This document shows positions 1 through 9,982 of a stretch of 64,000 bases of DNA, one piece after another. Every line of letters starts with the position of its first letter. Within the stretch, counting starts at the first letter, position 1. The DNA comes from an uncultured Gemmatimonadales bacterium (GTDB lineage: Bacteria; Gemmatimonadota; Gemmatimonadetes; Longimicrobiales; RSA9), in NCBI GenBank assembly GCA_963708135.1, contig OY970192.1, positions 928,001 to 992,000 of the forward strand, read 5' to 3'. The notes under the pieces were generated by a model. That model was not told the origin of the DNA. It made no database searches and worked only from the letters and a program-made list of their open reading frames with translations. The translations under genes were made by a program, and so were the position numbers.

Positions 1-564
1 ATCCGCAACATGCTCCGCCGGATCGGGGTCGAGAGCCGCATCGCCTCGGAGCCGCACGGCGTCGCGGACGCCGACAGGCTGATCCTCCCGGGCGTCGGCG
101 CCTTCGACGAGGCCATGGGACGGATCGAGGCCTCGGGCCTGCGCCCCGTGCTCGACCGCAAGGCGCTCGAGGAGCGCATCCCCGTGCTCGGCATCTGCCT
201 GGGCATGCAGCTCCTGACCCGCGGCAGCGAGGAGGGGCGGCGGCCAGGCCTCGGCTGGCTGCCCGGCCGCACCGTGGCCTTCCCGCGCGGCAACGGGCTC
301 AAGGTGCCCCACATCGGGTGGAATCTCGTCTCCCGCCCGCGCGAGAGCCCGCTTACCGACGGCTTCGATCCCGAGACCCGCTTCTACTTCGTCCATTCCT
401 ACCGGGTGGAGGCCGACGACCCCGCCGACGTGATTCTCCGGACCGAGTACGGGGTCGAGTTCGACGCGGCCATCGAGCACGGCAACGTCTTCGGCGCGCA
501 GTTCCACCCGGAGAAGAGCCACCGGTTCGGCATGCGCCTGCTGCGCAACTTCGCGGAGCTGTAG
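1..564 (+). CDS. hisH: HisH-like glutamine amidotransferase subunit (polysaccharide-locus WbuY type), 5'-truncated by the window
   Basis: LILPGVGAF, GICLGMQ (catalytic Cys), FYFVHSY and QFHPEKS motifs; frame open from base 1 (IRNMLRR); sits in a glycan locus, not a his operon. Confidence 0.9.
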   Translation: MRNMLRRIGVESRIASEPHGVADADRLILPGVGAFDEAMGRIEASGLRPVLDRKALEERIPVLGICLGMQLLTRGSEEGRRPGLGWLPGRTVAFPRGNGLKVPHIGWNLVSRPRESPLTDGFDPETRFYFVHSYRVEADDPADVILRTEYGVEFDAAIEHGNVFGAQFHPEKSHRFGMRLLRNFAEL

Positions 565-566
565 CG

Positions 567-1394
567 TTGCTCCGCAACCGCATCATCCCCTGCCTTCAGC
601 TGCGGGGCGAGTCGCTCGTCAAGACGGTCCGCTTCGGCAAGTTCCGCTACGTCGGCGACCCGGCCAACGCCTGCCGCATCTTCAATGAGCTGGAGGTGGA
701 CGAGCTGGCCTTCCTCGACATCGCCGCCAGCCGCGAGGACCGCGGCCCCAACTTCGACGTGCTCGCCGAGATCGCGGATGAGTGCTTCATGCCCCTCTCC
801 TACGGCGGCGGCGTGGACGGCCGCGCCACCGCCGAGCGCGTGCTCAAGCTCGGTTTCGAGAAGGTGATCCTCAACACGCCCGCGCTGCGCCGCCCGCAGC
901 TGGTCACCGAGCTCGCCGAGGTCTTCGGCAGCCAGAGCGTGATCGTGGCCATCGACGTGAAGCGGACCTGGCGCGGCGTCCAGCGCTGCCGCGGCCTCTC
1001 CGGGAGGCTCCGCACGCGCCGCCGGCCCGTCAACTGGGCGCGCGAGGTGGAGGGCCTCGGAGCCGGCGAGATCCTGCTCACCTCCATCGACCGCGAGGGG
1101 ACGTGGAGCGGCTTCGACCTCGAGCTGGTACGCTCCGTGACCGACGCCGTCTCCATTCCCGTCATCGCTCACGGCGGCGCGGGCTGCGTGGACGACATCG
1201 GCCGCGCCATTCGCGATGGCGGCGCGTCCGCCGTCGCCCTCGGCAGCATGGTCGTCTTCCAGAAGAAGGGGATGGGCGTGCTGGTCAATTTCCCGGACGA
1301 GACTCGCCTCCACGCGGCCATCCGCGGCGAGCCGGCCGCCGCCCCGGGCCCGTCCGCGAAGAAGGCGGCGCCGCCGGTCGGGGCGCCGCGCTGA
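567..1394 (+). CDS. hisF: HisF-like cyclase subunit (WbuZ/AglZ-type acetamidino modification protein)
   Basis: TTG start 2 nt after hisH stop; RIIPCL, YVGDP, DELAFLDI, YGGG, GAGEILLTSIDREGT, PVIAHGGAG. Confidence 0.88.
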   Translation: MLRNRIIPCLQLRGESLVKTVRFGKFRYVGDPANACRIFNELEVDELAFLDIAASREDRGPNFDVLAEIADECFMPLSYGGGVDGRATAERVLKLGFEKVILNTPALRRPQLVTELAEVFGSQSVIVAIDVKRTWRGVQRCRGLSGRLRTRRRPVNWAREVEGLGAGEILLTSIDREGTWSGFDLELVRSVTDAVSIPVIAHGGAGCVDDIGRAIRDGGASAVALGSMVVFQKKGMGVLVNFPDETRLHAAIRGEPAAAPGPSAKKAAPPVGAPR

Positions 1395-2942
1395 ATGGCC
1401 TCGGAGGCGGCGTTCCGGGACGGCCTTCCCGGCGACGCGCTGAGCGTGGAGGCTTCGCGGGGCCCGCGGCCGGCCACCGCCCTCGGCCTCTTCCGCGTCC
1501 TCGGCGGCGACATCGTCCGCTACGGCATCCTGGGCGGGCTGGCGAAGGGGATCAGCTTTCTCCTGCTGCCCGTTCTCACCCGCCTCTTCTCGCCGGACCA
1601 GTTCGGTGTCTACGACATCGTGGCCACGGCCGTTACGCTCACGACCACCACGATGGTCGTGGACCTCAACGGCGCGCTGGCGCGCTTCTACGACGAGTAC
1701 CGCGCCCGCGGCGGCGGCGTGTACTCCTCGGCGCTCCTGTTCGTGGCCGTGTGGGGCGGGATCCTGGCCGTTGCCGGCAGCATCGCCTGCCCGCTGCTCG
1801 CGCGTGCGTTCCCGCGCGAGGCGGCCATCTTCGAGCTGCTCGGGTTTGCCGTGTGGATTGCCTGGTTCATGGGGCTCAACCAGGTCGGCGACATGGTGCT
1901 CCGCATGCAGAAGCGGATCGTCGCCTACAACGCTCTCGCCATGCTCGAGGCCGCCGTCTTCCTGTCCGTGGCCATTATCGGGCTGACCTGGTTCCACCTC
2001 GGGCTGAAGTGGGTCTTCATCTCCCAGCTCTGTGGCGTTGTCGTTCACGCCGCGCTGCTCGCCGCGATCACGCGCGAGGAGCTGCTCCGGCGCCCCTCGG
2101 CCGCCACGCTGAGGCGGGCGCTCCGCTTCTCGCTCCCGATGTTCCCCGCCATCTTCGTGGGCTGGGCCAACCGCCAGGCCGACCGCGCGATCCTGCTCGT
2201 GCTGATCGGCACCGGCGCGGTCGGCATCTACGTCGCCGGCGCCCGCCTCGCCAACATGGTCGGATACGTCATGGTCATGTTCAACATGGCCTGGCTGCCC
2301 TTCTCCATGAGCATCATCGGCGAGGACGCGGCGGTCCGCGGCCGCGTCTACTCCAGCATGCTGCGCTATTTCCTCGGCGTCTTCCTCGCCGCCAGCCTCT
2401 GCGTCAGCGGCTTCGGGCCCGAGATCGCCACCACCATCGTGACCAGGGAGTACGTCCAGGCCGCCACCTTCCTCCCCTGGCTGCTGGGCGCCGTGGTGCT
2501 CCACCAGTCCGGCAACATGGTCAACATCGGCACCCTCGTCAGCGAGGATACCTGGATCAACGCCGTTGCCGCCTCCGTCGGGCTCGCCGTCAACGCGCTC
2601 CTCTGCATCCTGCTCGTGCGTCGCTACGGCGCCGCCGGCGCGGCCTACGGCACCTTCCTCGGCGAGCTGTGCGTGTGCGCCGTCGTCTATACCCGTACCC
2701 AGAAGAGCGGCGTGGCGGCATTCGACACGCGGGTCGTGCTGGGCCTGCTCGGGACCTACATCCTGGCGAGCGCCCTCATCCGCTGGCTGGACATCGGCGT
2801 GGCCGCCGGTGCCTCCCCGCTGCGCTGGCGCGGCGCGGTCGCGGTCGGCGGCGCCCTCGCGATCGGCGCCTTGGCGTTCGCGGACCTGCGCGCCCACGCG
2901 CCCCGCTTGCTGGCGCGCCTTCCGGGCCCCGGACGCGCATGA
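1395..2942 (+). CDS. wzx: Oligosaccharide flippase (Wzx family)
   Basis: ~12-14 hydrophobic segments; FLLLPVLTRLFSPDQFGVY, LRFSLPMFP, ADRAIL, VGIYVAG. Confidence 0.85.
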   Translation: MASEAAFRDGLPGDALSVEASRGPRPATALGLFRVLGGDIVRYGILGGLAKGISFLLLPVLTRLFSPDQFGVYDIVATAVTLTTTTMVVDLNGALARFYDEYRARGGGVYSSALLFVAVWGGILAVAGSIACPLLARAFPREAAIFELLGFAVWIAWFMGLNQVGDMVLRMQKRIVAYNALAMLEAAVFLSVAIIGLTWFHLGLKWVFISQLCGVVVHAALLAAITREELLRRPSAATLRRALRFSLPMFPAIFVGWANRQADRAILLVLIGTGAVGIYVAGARLANMVGYVMVMFNMAWLPFSMSIIGEDAAVRGRVYSSMLRYFLGVFLAASLCVSGFGPEIATTIVTREYVQAATFLPWLLGAVVLHQSGNMVNIGTLVSEDTWINAVAASVGLAVNALLCILLVRRYGAAGAAYGTFLGELCVCAVVYTRTQKSGVAAFDTRVVLGLLGTYILASALIRWLDIGVAAGASPLRWRGAVAVGGALAIGALAFADLRAHAPRLLARLPGPGRA

Positions 2943-4090
2943 TGGAGGCGCCCCTGAAGCCGACGATCCCCGGGCGAGCCCAGGCGCCCGCCGGCCCGCC
3001 TGCCCGCGGAGCGATCCTCCTGAACGCGCTCTCCAGCCGGACGGGCGGCGTGCTCACCCGCATCGAGGAGGTGGTCCGCAGGGCACCAGGCGTATGGGGG
3101 CGCGAGGCGCTCGTGCTGCGGACGGCCGAGGCACGCCTGAGCGATCTCGGGCCGCGCGAGCGGCCCACGCCGGCCGTGTACGAGGCCGCGCCGATCCCGC
3201 TCCGCCGGCTCCTCGATCCCGTCGTGCTCGCCGGCGTCGACCGCCACCACCGCGCCGCGGCCGTGCTCCACTACTGCAGCCACGTGCCGTACCGCGCCCG
3301 CTTCGGCCCAACGCTCCTGTGCGTCACCAACATGGCGCCGTGGGATCCCGGACCCGGCGGTGCCTCGCTCCGCAACCGCCTGCTCAGGCGGCTGTTCGAG
3401 CGCACCGCCACCGCCGCCGATCTGGTGGTGGTGCAGTCCGCGGCCACGCGCGACGCCCTCGCCGCGCGCTACCCGGCCCTCTCCGGCCGGCTGCGCGTGG
3501 TGCGCAACGGCGTGGCCACGCCGCGCCTTCAGCGGCCCGCGCAACGGCGCGGATTCCTCGCCGTCGGCGACGTCCACGCGTACCGCCGCTACGACGCGCT
3601 GGTCGAGGCCTACGCGGCGCTCCCGGCCTCCGTGCGCCGGGAGCACCCTCTCCTGCTGGCGGGATCGGACCGCCACGACCCGCCGGCGCGCGCCCGGCTC
3701 GGCGAGGCGGTGTGGCGGCACGGGCTCGAGAGCGACGTTTCGCTGCTCGGGCCTCTGTCCCGGGCGGAGGTCCTCGACCGGATGGCGTGCGCCCGCGCCT
3801 ACGTTTCCTTCGCGAGCGCCGAGAACGGCCCCAACGCGCTCCTGGAGGCGGCGGTGATCGGGGTACCGCTCGTTCTCTCAAGCCTGCCGGTGCACCGCGA
3901 GTACGCCGCGCACGCGGGCGGTCGAGTCGTCGCCTTCGTGGGCAATGTGGCGGAGCTTTCGGAGGCACTGGCTGCCGTCGCGCGTGGGGCGCACGAAGGC
4001 GGCGCGGGGCCGATCCCGGCGCGGGACCTGTGGCGGACGCACATGGAGGAGATGGCGGAGGTGCTCGCGGAGGTGGGCGTTGTGGCCTGA
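2939..4090 (+). CDS. Glycosyltransferase family 4 (GT-B)
   Basis: C-terminal part of ORF 782..4090 from ATG overlapping the wzx stop; ADLVVVQS, VVRNGV, E-x7-E motif ENGPNALLE. Confidence 0.75.
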   Translation: MMEAPLKPTIPGRAQAPAGPPARGAILLNALSSRTGGVLTRIEEVVRRAPGVWGREALVLRTAEARLSDLGPRERPTPAVYEAAPIPLRRLLDPVVLAGVDRHHRAAAVLHYCSHVPYRARFGPTLLCVTNMAPWDPGPGGASLRNRLLRRLFERTATAADLVVVQSAATRDALAARYPALSGRLRVVRNGVATPRLQRPAQRRGFLAVGDVHAYRRYDALVEAYAALPASVRREHPLLLAGSDRHDPPARARLGEAVWRHGLESDVSLLGPLSRAEVLDRMACARAYVSFASAENGPNALLEAAVIGVPLVLSSLPVHREYAAHAGGRVVAFVGNVAELSEALAAVARGAHEGGAGPIPARDLWRTHMEEMAEVLAEVGVVA

Positions 4091-5639
4091 GACGGCGCCC
4101 TGGGTGGTCCTCGCGCTCGCCTTCCTGGGCCTCGGCGTGCTCGAGGCGTGGCTGCTCAACCGCTCGCCGACCGACCACCGCGCGCACGTCTTCATGATCC
4201 GCGAGACCATGCGCCACCGCTGGCGCCTGCCGGCCGCGCCGCGCGCGATCGTGAACCCCGCCTCCTGGGGGGCCTACCCGATCGTGCTGCACTTCCTGAT
4301 CGGCAAGTTGCCGCGCCGGCTGGACCGGCCGATCGCGCTCATGCAGGCACCCCTGTTCACGCTCGCGACGACGCTCGTGGTCGTGCTCGCCCTCGCCGGG
4401 GGATCCACGGCTGGGGCCCTCCTGGCCTTCGCGCTGGCGCTCTTCTCGCCCACGAACTTCGACGCGAGCAATGCCCGCAATTACGGGCTCGGCTCGCGCG
4501 CGGCCGGGCAGCTCTTCTTCGCGCTGCTCGTGCTCTCGACCCTGCACCTCGGCGCCGCGCCCACGCCCGCCGCCTGGCTGCTGGCCGGCCTTGCGGCCGT
4601 CGGCCTCGTGGCCATCAACACGTTCGCCCTGCAGGGCGCCATCTTCTGGGCCCTCGCTTCCCTCGCCTTCGGCGAGTGGCGGCCGCTCCTCCTGCTGGTC
4701 GCCGGCGCGGCGGCGTTCGCGCTCCTCTTCGGCGAGTACGGCCGGGGGTACCTGCGCGATACGTTCCGCTACTGGCGCGCCTACCAGGCGCAGCTCGCCG
4801 GCGTCTTCGTGCTGACCAATTACCCGAGCTACTGGGTCACGCCCTTCGTCGAGCTGCCGCGCGCGCTGCGTGCCCGCCAGTGGAAGCGCGCCGGGCTGCT
4901 GGTCTGGAAGAACACCTTCGCCAACTCGCTCCTGCTGAACCCGCTCCCGTGGCTGGCCGTGCTGGGCGGGGCCGTGGCGGTCGAGGCGGCCCGCCCCCTC
5001 TGGGGCCTCTTCGCGGGCGGGTTCCTGGCCTTCTTTCTGACGTCGCTGCGCCCCATGCGCTTCTGGGGGGAGCCGCACCGCTATCTGGAGTTCCTGACGC
5101 CGTTCGCGGCTTGGGTGGTGGCCCGCCACCTGGGCGCGCTGCCCGCGTGGATCCCCGTGGGCTTCGCCGCCATGATCGCGGCCCAGCTCGCGCTGGCCGT
5201 GGCGCTCTCGCGCCGGATGTCCTCGTCCGAGAAGGATCTGCGCAGGGTCGAGGAGCTCCTCGTCGAGCGCCCCGAGCCGCCGGTCCTTCTCTCCAACGAC
5301 AACTACGCCACGCGCTACTTCATGAAGCACGACTGGAAGTTCGTCACCCTCTGGTCGATCGACCGGCCGTTCTGCGGCCTGCCGGCCAGCGAGGTGTTCG
5401 CGCGCTATCCCTACCTCCGGTTCGACGCGGTGTGCAGGGCGATCGACGAGTTCGCGCCCAGCGCCCTGCTCATGCGCGATCTCGAGGAGGAGCAGGACGA
5501 GCGACTCCGCGAGGACGGCTACGCGCGGGCCGAGCGTGTCGGCCCCTTCGCCCTGTGGCTGCGGAACGGGCACGCCCCGGCGACGAACTGCGCGGCGGCG
5601 CGCGGCCGCCCGGCGGAACCGGAGGCGGACCCATGCTGA
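4080..5639 (+). CDS. Polytopic membrane protein, possible GT-C-fold glycan-modifying enzyme
   Basis: TTG at 4080 overlapping the upstream stop (start uncertain); ~10+ TM segments, D-H after the first TM, YP motif, soluble C-terminal domain. Confidence 0.55.
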   Translation: MWPETAPWVVLALAFLGLGVLEAWLLNRSPTDHRAHVFMIRETMRHRWRLPAAPRAIVNPASWGAYPIVLHFLIGKLPRRLDRPIALMQAPLFTLATTLVVVLALAGGSTAGALLAFALALFSPTNFDASNARNYGLGSRAAGQLFFALLVLSTLHLGAAPTPAAWLLAGLAAVGLVAINTFALQGAIFWALASLAFGEWRPLLLLVAGAAAFALLFGEYGRGYLRDTFRYWRAYQAQLAGVFVLTNYPSYWVTPFVELPRALRARQWKRAGLLVWKNTFANSLLLNPLPWLAVLGGAVAVEAARPLWGLFAGGFLAFFLTSLRPMRFWGEPHRYLEFLTPFAAWVVARHLGALPAWIPVGFAAMIAAQLALAVALSRRMSSSEKDLRRVEELLVERPEPPVLLSNDNYATRYFMKHDWKFVTLWSIDRPFCGLPASEVFARYPYLRFDAVCRAIDEFAPSALLMRDLEEEQDERLREDGYARAERVGPFALWLRNGHAPATNCAAARGRPAEPEADPC

Positions 5640-6952
5640 GCATCGGCGTGCAGGTCGCCCTGGCGACCCTCTTCATCGCGCTCGGCGTCGTCATCTTCGC
5701 AGCCAACCGGGACATCTTCTCGCCGGAGAAGTACCTCTACCTCAACACCGGCGTGTTCTTCGGCTCCGTCTTCTTCGAGCCCAAGTCGGCGCTGTCGTAT
5801 ACAATTTTCCTGCTCGTCTGCTGCACGATCTTTGTCGGTGGCGTGCTCCAGTGGGGAGGGCGGCGCTACGTGCGAGGGGCGCCCGTCCAGACGGAGGGGC
5901 GGGTCGATCTGCCGCAGCGTGTGCCGCTGCTGCTCCTCCTGGTCGGGCTGTCGATGCTGCTGGCGCACGCCTACGTCGTCTACTCGCTGGGCGGGCTCCG
6001 CGGCTACGCGGCGTGGCTGCCGATGCGCGTCGCCAACCAGGGGCGGTTCATGATCCTGAGGATCTACTCGCGCCAGATCCTCGTCGTCTACCTGCTCTTC
6101 TTCTGCATCCTGATCACCGCGCGCACCGCCGCCTGGGTCCGGTACGTGGTGGCGCCGCTCCTCTTCTTCGCCACCGCCATCGTGCTCGTCATGCAGGGAT
6201 CCCGCTCCACGGTCCTCCTGCCGTTCCTCTTCTCCATCATGTGCTGGCATTACCTGAAGCGGCGGGTCAGGACCGTCTTCGTGCTCCTCGCCGGCAGCGG
6301 CCTGCTCGTGGCGGCCTCCTTCCTCGAGGTCTACCGCAGAACCCTGCACATGGCGCTGCACGGGAGCTCCTTCTCCTACAAGTTCCTCGACTACGGCTTC
6401 CTCCCCGTCGAGATCTGGGAGAAGAGCCGTGTGCATTTCCTCGCGGCCGGCTCGACGCTGCTCGCCGGCGTCACCAATCTCGTGCCGCGCGCCATCTGGG
6501 CCGGCAAGCCGGACTCCGGCGGCACGGTCCTCAACTCGGTCTTCGCCCACGGCGCCTGGACCTCCTCGAGCGTCACGACGGGGATCTTCGTGGAGGGGCT
6601 GATCAACTTCGGCCTCGTCGTCGGCCTCGTCTTCGGAACCCTTGCCCTCGGAGGAGCGCTCATTGCGCTGATGATGTGGTACCGCCGTCGGCCCTGGTCC
6701 GGCGCGGACGGCCGGGGGCCGCTTTCGCGCAGCTACGGCATGGTCGCCTACCTGCTCGTCATGCACTACGTCTGCAACCTCCATGTGGAGGAGTTCGCTT
6801 ACTCCACCAGCATGATGCTGCTCAGCCTCGTGGTGCTGAGCGGGCTCGTGCTCGCCTTCCGGGCGACGCCGTTCCTCGGCGCGCGCCGGGTGCGCCTGCG
6901 CCAGAGGCGCTTCCGCCTCGCGGACCGGGAACGCTACCCGGTGCGCGGATGA
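5633..6952 (+). CDS. wzy: Polysaccharide polymerase Wzy
   Basis: ATG 5633 with GGAGG upstream; ~10-11 TMs, GSRSTVL, VPRAIWAGKP, EGLINFG. Confidence 0.75.
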   Translation: MLSIGVQVALATLFIALGVVIFAANRDIFSPEKYLYLNTGVFFGSVFFEPKSALSYTIFLLVCCTIFVGGVLQWGGRRYVRGAPVQTEGRVDLPQRVPLLLLLVGLSMLLAHAYVVYSLGGLRGYAAWLPMRVANQGRFMILRIYSRQILVVYLLFFCILITARTAAWVRYVVAPLLFFATAIVLVMQGSRSTVLLPFLFSIMCWHYLKRRVRTVFVLLAGSGLLVAASFLEVYRRTLHMALHGSSFSYKFLDYGFLPVEIWEKSRVHFLAAGSTLLAGVTNLVPRAIWAGKPDSGGTVLNSVFAHGAWTSSSVTTGIFVEGLINFGLVVGLVFGTLALGGALIALMMWYRRRPWSGADGRGPLSRSYGMVAYLLVMHYVCNLHVEEFAYSTSMMLLSLVVLSGLVLAFRATPFLGARRVRLRQRRFRLADRERYPVRG

Positions 6953-7740
6953 GCGTGCGGCCGGGAGGGGCGAGCGCCCTGCTCTCCCTCGAGGCGATCG
7001 GCGTTCCGCTGCTGCTCCGGGCCCGCAGCTCGCCCGCCGTGTACCGCCTCTACGTCCGTCTGCGCCGTGGCGGCCGGACCCGGCTCCCGCTGCCGGATGA
7101 CGACCTCCACATCACCGGGCTGCCCCGCAGCGGCAACACCTTCGCGATCGGACTGATCGAGCGCCTCATGCCCGAGCTTCGCGTCTCGTCGCACCTGCAC
7201 GTGCTCGCCTCGCTGCGCATCGCCCTGCGCCATGGCGTGCCGACGGTGGTCCTGTTCCGCGATCCCGCCGATGCGCTCGCCTCGTGGATGATCAAGAGCC
7301 GCACCGAGGGCGGCGTCGGACCGCACGGCGCCGGGCGCTACGTCCGCGAGTACACGGCCTACTACGGCTGGGTCGAGGCCCACGCTGCCTCGCTCCACCT
7401 GCTCGCTTTCGACCGGCTCGTGGGCGACCCCGCCTCGCTGCTCCGGGTGCTCGAAGAGGCTCTCGCCCGGCCGCTGCCGGGCGTCGCGGACGCGCAGCTC
7501 GACGCCGCGGTCGCCGGGGCCGTCCGCGCCCTGAGGTCCGATCCTCGCCAGCCGGCCACGAACGCGTGGCGGAGCCCGGAGAAGGAGGCGCTGAAGCGGC
7601 GCGCCCTGGACGAGATCCGCGCCGCCCCCGGCTGGCCGGATACCGTCGCGCTGCACGGCCGGCTGCTGGCGGCAGCGGCCGCCGGCCGCAATCCGCTCGC
7701 CCCACCGACATTGAGCGCTCCTACCCGTTCAAGGGGATGA
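6949..7740 (+). CDS. Sulfotransferase-like P-loop protein
   Basis: ATGA-coupled to wzy; 5'-PSB-like ITGLPRSGNTF and 3'-PB-like VLFRDPADALAS; FDRLVGDP. Confidence 0.6.
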   Translation: MSVRPGGASALLSLEAIGVPLLLRARSSPAVYRLYVRLRRGGRTRLPLPDDDLHITGLPRSGNTFAIGLIERLMPELRVSSHLHVLASLRIALRHGVPTVVLFRDPADALASWMIKSRTEGGVGPHGAGRYVREYTAYYGWVEAHAASLHLLAFDRLVGDPASLLRVLEEALARPLPGVADAQLDAAVAGAVRALRSDPRQPATNAWRSPEKEALKRRALDEIRAAPGWPDTVALHGRLLAAAAAGRNPLAPPTLSAPTRSRG

Positions 7741-7743
7741 TCC

Positions 7744-8861
7744 GTGTCTGACTATATCCGTCGAGACGCCGCCCGCCCGCCCCGGCCGCCCCGCCCCCCG
7801 TCCGTTCAACCGCCCGGCCGGGACGGCGCCGCGCTCCAGGGAGTTCTGCTTATCACGGGCGGGACCGGCTCCTTCGGTACGGCCGTGCTGGACCGCTTCC
7901 TTCACTCCGACATCCGCGAGATCCGCATCTTCAGCCGCGACGAGAAGAAGCAGGACGACATGCGGAAGCGGTACGCGAGCTCGAAGCTGAAGTTCTATCT
8001 CGGCGACGTGCGCAACCGGCGCAGCCTCGACGCGGCGCTGCGTGGCGTCAACTACTGCTTCCACGCCGCCGCGCTGAAGCAGGTGCCGTCGTGCGAGTTC
8101 CACCCGATGGAGGCGGTGCGCACCAACATCCTCGGCACCGAGAACGTCATCGAGGCCGCCGTGGCCGCGAGGGTCCGGCGCATCGTCTGCCTCAGCACGG
8201 ACAAGGCCGTCTATCCGATCAACGCCATGGGCATCTCCAAGGCGATGATGGAGAAGGTGATGGTCGCCGCCTCGCGCAACGTAGACTCCGACGCCACCGT
8301 CATCTGCGGCACGCGCTACGGCAACGTCATGGGCTCACGCGGCTCGGTCATCCCGCTCTTCATGGCCCAGCTGGGCGCGGGACAGCCGCTGACGGTGACC
8401 GACCCCGAGATGACGCGCTTCATGATGTCGCTCGAGGATGCGGTGGAGCTCGTCCTCTACGCTTTCCGGCATGGTGCCAACGGCGATATGTTCGTGCAGA
8501 AGTCGCCCGCCGCCACGCTCGCCGTCCTGACGCGGGCGATCCTCGAGCTGGCGGGCCGCGGGCACCACGAGGTGCGCGTCATCGGTACCCGCCACGGCGA
8601 GAAGCTCTACGAGACCCTGCTCAGCCGGGAGGAGATGGCCGCGGCGGAAGATCTCGGCCTCTACTTCCGCGTGCCGCCCGATGGGCGCGACCTCAACTAT
8701 GCCAAGTTCGTCGAGGAGGGCGAGCAGCGGATCACCGTCGCGGGGGAGTACAACTCCCGCAACACGCGGCAGCTCGACGTGGAGGAGATGAAGGCGCTGC
8801 TGGTGCAGCTCGAGGTGGTGCGCGAGGTGCTCCGCGAGTACCCCCCTCCGTCCTCGCCTGA
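7744..8861 (+). CDS. fnlA: UDP-GlcNAc 4,6-dehydratase/5-epimerase FnlA (WbjB/CapE); probable 1-nt indel near the 3' end
   Basis: ITGGTGSFG, FSRDEKKQ, HAAALKQVPSCEF, LSTDKAVYP, TRYGNVMGSRGSV; in-frame ORF runs to 9435, but one extra C in the C6 run at 8841-8846 gives a stop at 8859-8861 just before fnlB. Confidence 0.9.
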
Positions 8862-8866
8862 GCGTC

Positions 8867-9982
8867 GTGCGCATCGTTGTCACCGGCGGCGACGGCTTCA
8901 TCGGCACCAACCTGCGCGTGCGGCTGCGGGAGGCCGGCCACGAGGACGTCTTGAGCGTCACGCGCGGCACGGGCGAGGGTGGGCTCCGCCGGGCGCTCGC
9001 GGAGGCCGATTTCGTCTACCACCTCGCCGGCGTGAACCGCCCCCGCGACGAGCGGGAGTTCGAGACCGGGAATGCCGGCCTCACGCGGCAGGTCTGCGGG
9101 CTGCTGCTCGAGTCCGGGCGCCCGGTCCCCCTCGCCTTCAGCTCCTCCACCCAGGCGGCGCTCGACAACCCGTACGGGCGGAGCAAGCTCGCGGCCGAGC
9201 GGGCCGTGGAGCGCTACGGCGAGGCCACCGGCGCGCCGGTCTACATCCTCCGCCTGACGAACGTCTTCGGGAAGTGGTGCCGCCCCGGCTACAACTCCGT
9301 CGTCGCCACCTTCTGCCACAACCTGACGCGCGGACTGCCGGTTCGCGTGGACGACCCGGAGGCGCCGCTCGAGCTGCTCTACATCGACGATGCCGTGGAG
9401 TGCATGCTCGGCCTGCCGGGGCCGCCGCCGGCTGACGGCGGGCGCGTCCAGGCGGGGCCGACCCATTCCACCACCGTGGGCGAGCTGCTCGCCATCCTCG
9501 AGCGCTTCCGCGACAGCCGCGACACGGCCGCCGCCATCCCGCCGGTCGGCCGAGGCCTGGCGCGGGCCCTGTACGCCACCTACCAGAGCTATCTCCTGCC
9601 GGCGGACTTCGGCTACGCCCTCCGCGCCCATGCGGACGAGCGCGGCACGTTCGTCGAGATGCTCAGGACGGACGCGAGCGGGCAGCTCTCCTACTTTACC
9701 GCCGCACCCGGCGTGACGCGGGGCGGGCACTATCACCACAGCAAGGTGGAGAAGTTCCTCGTGCTGGGCGGCCGCGCCCGCTTCGGCTTCCGTCACGTCC
9801 TGACCGGCGAGCGGCACGAGCTCGTCGTGCAGGGCGGCGAGGCGCGCGTCGTGGAGACCGTGCCCGGCTGGATCCACGATGTCACGAACATCGGCGAGGC
9901 CGAGCTGGTGGTGATGCTCTGGGCCAGCGAGGTCTTCGATCCCGCGCGGCCGGACGCCGTGCCGGCCAGGGTGGAGCGGTGA
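8867..9982 (+). CDS. fnlB: UDP-2-acetamido-2,6-dideoxy-hexulose reductase FnlB (WbjC/CapF), SDR plus cupin
   Basis: [41 protein letters not shown], cupin [13 protein letters not shown]. Confidence 0.9.
   Translation: MRIVVTGGDGFIGTNLRVRLREAGHEDVLSVTRGTGEGGLRRALAEADFVYHLAGVNRPRDEREFETGNAGLTRQVCGLLLESGRPVPLAFSSSTQAALDNPYGRSKLAAERAVERYGEATGAPVYILRLTNVFGKWCRPGYNSVVATFCHNLTRGLPVRVDDPEAPLELLYIDDAVECMLGLPGPPPADGGRVQAGPTHSTTVGELLAILERFRDSRDTAAAIPPVGRGLARALYATYQSYLLPADFGYALRAHADERGTFVEMLRTDASGQLSYFTAAPGVTRGGHYHHSKVEKFLVLGGRARFGFRHVLTGERHELVVQGGEARVVETVPGWIHDVTNIGEAELVVMLWASEVFDPARPDAVPARVER

Noticed and set aside
1..1394. hisH/hisF as histidine biosynthesis genes
   Set aside because: No other his genes nearby; the glycan-locus context fits the WbuY/WbuZ-type paralogs
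782..7740. Apparent giant ORFs 782..4090, 4148..6952 and 5536..7740
   Set aside because: Only their C-terminal parts (from 2939, 5633 and 6949) look like proteins; the upstream parts overlap other genes out of frame
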